Shown: positions 54,866 to 64,000 of the stretch, one piece after another
Layout of the letters: every line of letters begins with the position of its first letter
Position numbering within the stretch: position 1 is the stretch's first letter
Notes under the pieces: generated by a model
What the model saw: only the letters and a program-made list of their open reading frames with translations
Databases searched by the model: none
What the model was told of the DNA's origin: nothing
Assembly: GCA_010093995.1 (NCBI GenBank)
Contig: ML992502.1
Span: 1,894,312 to 1,958,311 of the forward strand
DNA: 64,000 bases
Origin: Elsinoe ampelina
Lineage: Eukaryota
Direction: 5' to 3'
Translations under genes and position numbers: made by a program

Positions 54866-55546
54866 CTAGAGGAAATAAATGTGCGGCTGTTCCATCAAGA
54901 TGTTCCTTTTTCGTGCTTCTTGCGAGGCCGTGCTGTCCTCAAAAGACTTTAGAGTGATCAATTCTTCGTGCTCGGACCAATGAGGTATCACAAGAGTCGT
55001 GGGAAGCGCAGGACAGTCCTTAGCCCAAGTGGGAAGCGTCTCTAGTACTTTCGGCTCGGTTTTCCACTTCTCTATATAGTCATCTGTTATGATACTTGGC
55101 GCATGTCGAGGCAATCCTTTGTTTATTCGATCATTGAAAGATTCCGACAGTAAGCCTGCTGCGACAGCAAGCATCGCCAATCTCTCCTGGTCCATTTCTG
55201 AAGGATCTGGTATGGAGCTGACTGGCCAGCGCTGGTACCAGAATCTTTCGAGCTCATTGCGTAAATCGATGTTGCGGTCGAGGATCAAGTGCTCGTAGAT
55301 GCGGTACAGAGATTTGAGTGCGCTGTCTCCTTTCTTTGGCGGATACCCTCGGATCCTTACAAACTCTTCGTAGTTCTCACGATAGGTCATGATGACTTTA
55401 GGAGGATCGGGCACGAAATCTTCGTACCGGTGCAGGTTGGATGTATATGCCCTCAGCAGGATATTGCCTTCTTGGGCATGGGCAGCGACTGCGCCTGACC
55501 GATCAGGGCGTTGCCAGAGATTTCGGAGTGTGGTGAGAATCGCCAT
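54866..55546 (-). CDS. Conserved-looking fungal hypothetical protein, convergent partner of the nucleotidyltransferase
   Basis: Clean 226-aa intronless ORF with ATG in aaaATGG context; motifs SLYRIYE, LRNELERFW, IPDP, SFNDRI..GLPR, PTWA, RNILMEQPHIYF. Confidence 0.75.
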   Translation of the reverse strand: MAILTTLRNLWQRPDRSGAVAAHAQEGNILLRAYTSNLHRYEDFVPDPPKVIMTYRENYEEFVRIRGYPPKKGDSALKSLYRIYEHLILDRNIDLRNELERFWYQRWPVSSIPDPSEMDQERLAMLAVAAGLLSESFNDRINKGLPRHAPSIITDDYIEKWKTEPKVLETLPTWAKDCPALPTTLVIPHWSEHEELITLKSFEDSTASQEARKRNILMEQPHIYFL

Positions 55547-56875
55547 TTTATTCCTCGGTGTGAGGGAATGAGCCTGTATATCGGATGTTGAGGTGGTGGT
55601 GCCCCTTGTGAATGCCGGCGCTTAGCGATGGCACGCTACGAAGGGGCTCACTGATTGGGTTGCACAGTACACGGCCTACTACATTGGACGGCGCAACATC
55701 ATTCCAGTCGTAATCTCCCACTGGTTGAAACAACGTGGTGTATGGTCAGCTGCCCAGCGCCCACTATAGACTGGTTTTCTTCCAGTAACGTGTGATCTTT
55801 AGAGTCTTCCACGGTTGTCGGAAGGACAGCAGATTGACGATCCCGTTGGAGATTTGACCCCAAGAGTCCGTGCTCAGATCTGGACAAGTGAGATCGTGTG
55901 GAGACGAAAGACACAACGGGGCACCGCGATTGGGCCGGACCCTTGCCGTCCCTTGAGGTCAGGGATCGCGGAAACATGTGCATTTTATGAAGACATGTGA
56001 AAGCTGTTCGGAATTTGACATCGAAGGGCAGCGAGAGATCGATATGTCATTCGGTCCGATTGTTATATCGAGCGGTCTGCACTCACGTGCTTTTCTCTCA
56101 TGCTTAGATGACATGTGTTGGGACAGAAGCAAATTTGGCAACTTACGTGAGACGAGGAGATGAGCATGGGCTGGGCTGTGAAGCACCAAAGTTGGGCTGG
56201 AATCGACTGCCGGTGGAAGGTGGAAAGATTCCGCCACCGAGCAGAAGTCTATGATCACACGTCGCAGATGCCCTCGCTGGTTCTCGGAGGTGGAAACATT
56301 GGCGTGTCCGCAATCGCACGCTTGCCCTCGGGCGGTTTTTATCCACGGCAGTCGATCCAGGGTGCTTGGGTGGTGCTTCGGTCATTCCAGATCTGACAGA
56401 TTTCCGAAAGGCTGCACATTATTATTATACTCAGATGCAAGGTAATCGTTTCGTACTTTCACTTTCTGATTCAACGAGCACACTCAGCACCAATTTGACA
56501 GCCCTCCGATAATCTATCCGGGGCCCACTTATCCGCAGCGAACGGTCTTGCTCACAGACCGGGAGTGTGATTCAGCACTGAAATCAGGCCACCGTAACTT
56601 TGTGTTGCTTATATCGGCCTTGCCGTTGTCAGAGGTCCTATATTGCGACAATAAGACGACCAAACGTTACTACTTTACCTTTGCATTTCACCAACAAGAC
56701 CACTGTATTCTATCCGGTGCGCCCACGGCACTCCCCACTCGTCGGACGTCCCGAAGGCCACTTCTCCACGTCGTAACGCTACCCCAACACTCCCGTAAAA
56801 TCTTCTCGTCATCGACAAACAACTGCCACGTTTCTCTTCACCTACTGAGCAAGTGTCCTTCCTCTCACCGACAAT

Positions 56876-59011
56876 ATGGCGCAGCTCGACACCCTCGACA
56901 TCATCGTCCTCGCCGTGCTCCTCGTGGGCACGCTAGCGTACTTCACAAAAGGCACCTACTGGGCAGTACAGAAGGACCCCTACGCTGGGTCTCTAGCGAA
57001 TGGACATGCTAAGCAGGGCAAGTCGCGAAACATCTTGGAGAAGATGGAAGAGTCAGGGAAGAACTGTGTCGTCTTTTATGGATCCCAAACCGGTACAGCA
57101 GAGGACTACGCGTCCCGACTCGCAAAGGAGGGCTCGTCCCGCTTCGGCCTCAAGACCATGACAGCAGATTTGGAAGAGTACGACTACGACAACCTGGATG
57201 AGTTTCCAGAGGACAAGGTCGCAATGTTCATTCTGGCCACTTACGGCGAGGGCGAACCCACCGATAACGCTGTTGAGTTCTACGAGTTCTTGGGCGGCGA
57301 TGATGTATCTTTCAGCAAGGGTGCGGGAGCAGACGAACAGCCTCTTCAGAACCTCCACTACGTCACCTTTGGCCTCGGCAACAACACCTACGAGCACTAC
57401 AACGCCATGGTCCGCAGAGTCGACGGCTACCTCTCCAAGCTCGGTGCAAAGCGTATCGGCGACGCCGGTGAAGGTGATGATGGAGCTGGCACCATGGAAG
57501 AAGATTTCCTCTCGTGGAAGGAGCCGATGTGGCAGCAACTTGCCCAGACCATGAGCCTTGAGGAGCGCGATGCTGTCTACGAGCCCTCATTCGATGTTGC
57601 TGAGAAGCCAGAATTGGACGCCGACAGCGATGAGGTCTATCTCGGTGAACCAAACAAGAACCACCTCGAAGGCCGCCAGAAGGGCCCATTCAACGCCCAG
57701 AATCCTTACATCGCCCCCATTGCTTCGTCCAAGGAACTCTTCACGGATGCGAAGCGGAACTGTCTGCATATGGAGATCGACATCTCTGGCTCTAACCTAT
57801 CTTACACCACCGGAGATCACATTGCGGTCTGGCCAACGAATGCTGGCCGGGAGGTCGATCGCTTCCTCAATGTCACTGGTCTATCAGAGAAGCGGCACAC
57901 GGTCATTCATGTCAAGAGCTTGGATCCCACAGCGAAGGTGCCGTTCCCATCGCCAACTACATATGACGCCGTCCTCCGCTATCACATCGAAATCTGCGCA
58001 CCCATCTCTCGTCAATTCGTTGGACAATTGGCCGAATTCGCGCCCAACGATTCTATCAAAGCTGAAATGACCAAAATCGGCAAGGATAAGGACTACTTCT
58101 CGAGCCAGGTTGCTTCCAAGAACTACAACGTCGCTCAGCTCCTCGAATCCGTCGGTCAAGGCCAGAAGTTCGACAAAGCACCATTCTCATTGTTCATTGA
58201 AGGTCTTGTCAAGATCCAGCCACGGTACTATTCCATCTCCTCATCCTCACTGGTACAGAACAAGAAGATCTCCATCACCGCGGTCGTGGAATCGCTTGAG
58301 GTTCCGGGAGCGCCGCACGTGGTCAAGGGCGTCACAACCAATTACCTTCTTGCGCTCAAGCAGAAGCAGCACGGTGACCCGAACCCTGACCCACACGGAC
58401 TCAACTACGCAATCAACGGTCCCCGCAACAAGTACGATGGCATCCACGTGCCTGTGCACGTTCGTCACTCCAACTTCAAGCTCCCATCAGATCCCAGCAA
58501 GCCGGTCATCATGGTCGGACCTGGTACTGGTGTAGCACCATTCCGAGGCTTCGTTCAGGAGCGAGCACAGCAGGCCAAGAACGGTGAGAATGTCGGAAAG
58601 ACCCTCCTCTTTTTCGGATGCCGGAATCGCAACGAGGACTTTTTATACAAGGATGAGTGGGAGGTGAGCCGATGTCCATCCCTTGGCTGATCCTCTGATA
58701 CTGATTACTCGCAGCAATACGCTAAGGACATGGGTGACAAATTTGAGATCGTCACTGCATTCTCCCGTGAAGGCAAGAACAAAGTCTATGTGCAGCATCG
58801 TCTCAAGGAGTACGCCGCCGAGGTCAACAAATTGATCGAGCAGAAGGCGAACTTCTACGTTTGCGGAGACGCAGCACATATGGCCCGCGAAGTCAATATT
58901 GTTCTGGGCCAGATCATCGCTTCCCAGCGGAGCCTCCCGGAGAGCAAGGGTGAGGACATTGTGAAAAGCATGAGGTCGAGCAACATCTACCAAGAAGATG
59001 TCTGGTCATGA
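56876..59011 (+). CDS. cprA: NADPH-cytochrome P450 reductase
   Basis: N-terminal TM, YGSQTGTAE, ATYGEGEPTDNA, PRYYSISSS, GPGTGVAPFRGF, YVCGDA, terminal EDVWS; intron 58664-58714. Confidence 0.97.
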
Positions 59012-61101
59012 GCAACGAAATTTTCAAAGCGGGCGCATATAGACAGTAGACCTGGATGGCGTCCCATACTTTTTGTTGCCGACCTGGGAGCGTTGGCTTG
59101 AAGCATTTGAGCAGGGTGGCGAGTCAGTGTTTATCATTTTTGCCTCTATCTGTTTTGACGTCCATAGTCCATGATCGTACATAGGTTGCTATCGACTCCC
59201 AACAAATATCAGATCCATGTAATGACAGGTTTTCCGAGCTCTTTTGGACGTGTCGATATGCAGCTAATCAATCATCGGATCCCCGGTGGGTGGGACCTTG
59301 CGGAAACGCTAATTCTCTCCCCCAGCCGTCCAATGCAGGTCTAAAAGGTTAGAAGATGACTTCCGAAGCAGATCCGCCGACCTGTCGTGGAGATCGCGGG
59401 CGCCTCATGACAGCTGCATCATCAGAGCCAAACCCATGCCATCGACGTGATCCGGGCGTAGCTGCAGTGATTGCAGGGTTTGATCTCCCCGGGCGTGGTT
59501 GCTTCACACATATTGCACTTACATGAGAGGGCTATCTTCAGATGCAGCCGGCCGGTTGACAGCATGGCACATTGGCAGCACATTTGGAATATTGGAGGGA
59601 CACGGAGGGACAAACGCTACTCAGTCACTGCAGGTACCTGAAGAACTGATGAAGCAAGGGTCGCACAAAGTGGCGCTTGTTGTGAGCTTTCTGCCCCGAA
59701 AGCGGTTTGGCGTGGGACCACAGCTGACAAAGATCCCTGTCGACAACGTCCCGGGAGAGATTTTTCCTCCTCTTCATCGATGCTGCCAGGCCAGAATACT
59801 GTACATGCTGTCCCATGCTGCACCAGCGGGCTGGGCGGAGGGCCACAGAGTCATGTCCCGAGACAAACATCCTTCACGGCTCCTGCGCTTGTGATGGTGC
59901 GATCTGGAGCGTGCATTTGATGTCTGCATCTTCTGTCAACATGCAGGCCCTTGTTTGCATCCTGCACCTTATTGTATTACCATTTTGTTGAAATTGACCC
60001 GCCAATCATCGACCGGATGTGGCTGGTCTGAAGCCTTGTGTTACCTGACAGGTCTTCCCGTCGACAGATCCCCATGCAACTGCGGATCGTGTCAATGCTT
60101 TCGGGGAGGACAAGGTTCCCGTCACAGTGCTCTGCATGCAACGAGAGGGCCACCTGGAGTAGATCTGATATATCAACCACCTCGTCCTCTGCGGCAGACA
60201 GAAGCTGTTTCTCCTAGATCACCCTTACCTGCGCTTCATTTATATTGACTCAGGCATCTTACCTCCATTGTTTGCACTTTACAGCACTGTGCATAGCATT
60301 TCCGGGCATTTGTCTTCTTGTCGTCGGCGGCAAGCTTGTACCCACTTTGATCATATCCAAATCTTCATCCACGCGGCGTCGGGACCAGCCCGAAGTTTGC
60401 CCACCTGCAGAGTTCGTGACTCCCACACATTTACTTTCCTTTAGCAACTTTGCAACTGACAAGCCTTTAGCAGTCGCGATCACAGGCGGTGCGCGCCTTC
60501 CTGTGCTCTTGAGAGACGCTCTTTCTCTGCGTAGGACCTCGCCAACCGCAGCATCCTTCCTTCCCGACATATCTAAAGCTCAGCTTTACCGCCCGATATA
60601 CCTTCGACCTCAATCCGACCAGCTCCTCTCTTCCTCTTCAACTCTCCATCGCCATCTCTTCAAGCGTCTTCTTCCACGAGCTGCTTCATTCTCTTGCATC
60701 CCTCACAGACCAACGCCATTGATAGCATAGCTTCTGTGCTCATCACCCTTTTCTTGCATGCTCGACACCATCACTGATATCAACACGTCCCCAACGACAC
60801 TGCCCGTCAGGCACCAGCAGTCACTTCCAACACGCGATCGCAGCTGTACTTGATCCATACCTGCTTCGGTAAATGACTGTGAAAGCTCTTCACGTGACAA
60901 GTCGCTGACCACAGATCTAGAGCTTGACTGCCCCACCATCCTCTTGCTTCTTGCTCGTTTCGGCCCGACACCAGATCGCCCACACCGGTATGAATCGTCA
61001 AAGCCTCATGCAAAGTCAAATTCCCGCTGACAGCTTATAGGACATTCCACTCCAGCCTTCTTGTACTCGATCCCAGACCGACGGCTACTCCTCCCCCCGC
61101 C

Positions 61102-63080
61102 ATGACGGACACCTCCTCCGCTGGCAACGGCAGCACCATCAAGGGCGACAGCCAGTACCACACCCGCGGATTTGCCAACGGTAGATCCGATGGTAGAACC
61201 TCCTACAACCAGCAGTACTCCATGCCCGGTCAAGCTCAGAACGCCGTCAACATGGACTACCTCACCCAGAGTGTGGCCGCTATGAGCTTCCACAACCAGC
61301 ACCCCGGCTACACCAACGGTAGTAGGGCAGGCTCAATCAGTGCTCCCAGCAGCAACTACACGGCCTACAACATCCCAGCTGCCTACTGGCCTGCCAATGG
61401 TCATCTTGCCATGGGATCCCATCAGGCATACAACACCGGCACTCCACACTCCGCCAGCATGTACACTCCAAATGCCTCCTACATGACCTATGGACAAGGC
61501 CGTATGCTCGACAACAGTCCCATGTCTCACGGCTGGACTCCCAACCAGCTCATGGGGGAGATGCCTCCTCTTGTCACGCCTCGCCGTGAATCCATGTCGT
61601 CCGCCGGCAACGACACGCCAGGAACCCCCAACTACCCGACCTACCACCCGATGGGTCCGAATGGCATCGCCATCCTCAACAGGTCTCCCAGCGGCAACTT
61701 TCACGGCTCGACCCCATCTCCACTTGGGCTGGTCTATCCTGGCATGCAAGTATCCAAGGCTCCAGAGGCTGATCATCTTCCCTCCGAACTTATGGAACTG
61801 GTCACCAAGGAGCCGATCATACCACCAGCCATTCCCGCCCCCAGCTCTCCGCTCAAGCCTCTTGATCGCGCTCTCGAGAATCCCCGCGGCGAGACCAACG
61901 TCTACATCCGTGGCCTGATGCCTGAGACCTCGGATGAGATGCTCGAGACCTGGGGCCGCCGCTTTGGCGACATCAAGAGCTCCAAGTCCATCATCGACCA
62001 TGTCACCGGCATGTGCAAAGGGTGAGTTCTGACTACATCCCTTGACTTTATCATACTGACTATCTTCCCAGTTTCGGATTTGTCCGCTTTCACAACTACA
62101 AGGATGCTGAGAACTGCATTCGTGGGTTCCACCATCTTGGATACGAAGTCAGCTTTGCGAGGGTCAGTATCTGCCTGCCAAGTCGGCCATAGTCATGCTG
62201 ACACGTTTCACAGGAGTCGTTCTACTCAAAGCTCAAGGCGATCGCAGACGATCATAACACCAATCTCTACGTTTCCAACCTTCCAAAGTCCATGAATGAG
62301 CATGTGAGTCAATCTGCTCACAAACCTTCTGCCCGTCACTGACTGTTCTCAGGAACTTGGTAACATCTTCGCTCCCCACATTGTCTGCTCTGCTCGCATC
62401 CTCCGCAACACCAATGGTACTGGTCGCGGTGTCGGTTTTGCTCGGTAAGCCGCATTTCATCCATCTCGCTTCGTCTGTTACTGACATTGGTCCAGCTTCG
62501 AGAGCCGTCAAGACTGCGAGGAGATCATCAGGAACTTCAACAACAAGGTCATCCAGCACAATGGCGAAGAACACACTATTCAGATCCGCTATGCCGACAC
62601 CCAAGAGCAAAAGCATCTGAAGCAGACAACAGCCGCTGCTCGTCAGTTCCGCTCTGCTGAGTACGAGTACGCCACGCAGGTTCACCGTCAAGGCTGGCGT
62701 GCAGGATCCTCCATGGGCAGCCCGGAGGCCGTCACTCCCACCAGCAACGACTTTGACAACTACATCTCCCACAATGCTGGGTAAGTCGGTCGCTGTTGAT
62801 CAGGTTGTACGTTTGCTAACATCTCCATAGCCTTGCTGCAAAGAACTACGCCGATCAGAGTTTCCGCCCATACCATCAGCGTGCTCCTCTGGGCGTTGTC
62901 TCCCCCAACAACAGCAACATTCGTCGCAACGGATCGGTCTCCATCAACTCGACTCCATTGGCCAAGGTTTTGACGCACGACTCTCATGAGGGTGGTGTCG
63001 CCCTCCGCGGCGAGAACGCTGCTCCTGCCATTGCTCGCGGCGATATTAGCCCTTCCCGCGTCCGTGGCGCCGACAAATGA
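61102..63080 (+). CDS. Two-RRM RNA-binding protein, Spo5/MSSP(RBMS)-like (6 coding exons)
   Basis: TNVYIRGL..CKG|FGFVRF (RRM1), TNLYVSNLP..RGVGFAR|F (RRM2), IRYADT; five GT-AG introns between 62022 and 62830; stop TGA 63078-63080; low-complexity N-terminus. Confidence 0.88.
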
Positions 63081-64000
63081 GCTGGCACGGCTCCGCTCAG
63101 CAACACCTCCACGGTCGACAACATGGGCCTCCCTCTTCTTGTTATTCATCCAGGCAGTCCATCCTTTAAACTCCCCCTGGTTTCTTTTCTGGGTCTGTCA
63201 TCAATTACGAAAAGCTCTGTCCAATCATTCTCCTCAGCTCACAGCATGAGGATCTGATGATGGGACGTCTCGGACTTGGAGCTGGCCTTGAACCACACGA
63301 GACACTGCAACAGCTTCTGTTTTGCTCACTCTGTTCTTCAAAGACCTTTTTCTCCAGCGACGGCGCACGGTATGGGTGGCAATGATTCTGACGACGGCAC
63401 CATTTGAGATGGGCCGAGTGCGATGGTGGTGGATGCTCCTGATGGAGCACAAAACGCCATCTCTACTGTGCATCTGGCAACTTTCGGCTTGGAAGATGCC
63501 TCTTTTATCCCTGCATCTTAACTTGTAGATTAGATGATGGTATTTGCTGCTTTCCAAACACTTGTGCAACCTCGTGTGACTTTTTGCGTCCTTTTACACT
63601 TGAGCGCCTGTCTTTGACGACTTGTCACTCGCAGATTGAGGTCTCAACGCATGACGACCGTGGCTGTCACTCATCCATTGCCATGAGATGTATGTAAAAT
63701 TCCCAACTTGGAGTCCTCCGTTTGCCATATTGATGATCCTGCTAACCCGGACATCTCTGGCCCGATGTGCCACCTATGAATCCGAAGACAAGGCAGGGGA
63801 GTCGCTTGTTGTCCGGGATACAGTAAGCATCACAAGGCTGAGAAGAAGAATACATTGAATCAGCTTGGACGGTGCCGGATCGCGGCGCTTGAGAAATTGG
63901 GGGCTGGTAGAAAGGGGTATCAAGACGGAAAGGGTGGCTCGGAGCGCAGGAGATAGGGACAGGGAGAAGGTTAGGAGCTGGAGCCACGTGGGTAAAAGGT

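Noticed and set aside
55560..56450. Possible third gene or relic beside the NTase pair
   Set aside because: Only short ORFs with no motif I can recognise; a blastx search would be needed.
63742..64000. Minus-strand ORF at the right edge
   Set aside because: Could be the 3' end of a gene entering from outside the window, but there are no motifs to support a call.
1..64000. Transposons, tRNA/rRNA genes, CRISPR arrays, TGA-CTA readthrough PTS1 extensions
   Set aside because: No transposase or RT motifs, terminal repeats, AT-rich RIP blocks, cloverleafs or spaced repeats noticed by eye; the stop contexts I checked lacked the readthrough motif. tRNAscan-SE, Infernal and RepeatModeler would be decisive.

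Overview
Gene-dense, intron-containing eukaryotic DNA from a filamentous ascomycete (GT-AG introns of about 45-70 nt with CTRAC-type branch sites; Pezizomycotina, possibly a plant-associated Dothideomycete, by inference only). About 22 intact genes are recognisable. Core genes include UBA1, ULP1, ALG2, a GNPAT/GPAT-type acyltransferase, POP4, PDX3, POL32/cdc27, TAO3, NADPH-P450 reductase and a Spo5/MSSP-like RRM protein. Three accessory patches interrupt them: (i) 1-8 kb, with a PL9 lyase, an amino-acid oxidase, two 5'-truncated relics and a divergent P450/FAD-monooxygenase pair; (ii) 16.7-26.4 kb, with two diverged DUF4470/MYND paralogues around an F-box gene; (iii) 52.7-55.6 kb, with a pseudogenised metallophosphoesterase and a tail-to-tail two-gene module. 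That module is the best candidate for an undescribed system: a predicted N-myristoylated AbiEii/MenT-like nucleotidyltransferase plus a small partner, resembling a bacterial toxin-antitoxin pair. Other highlights are a probable CUG-initiated, NLS-bearing UBA1 isoform, a spliced secreted knottin-like protein missed by the ORF track, and repeated C-rich-to-G-rich skew flips. No rRNA, tRNA, CRISPR or recognisable transposon was seen. Family assignments come from motif recognition by eye, not database searches.
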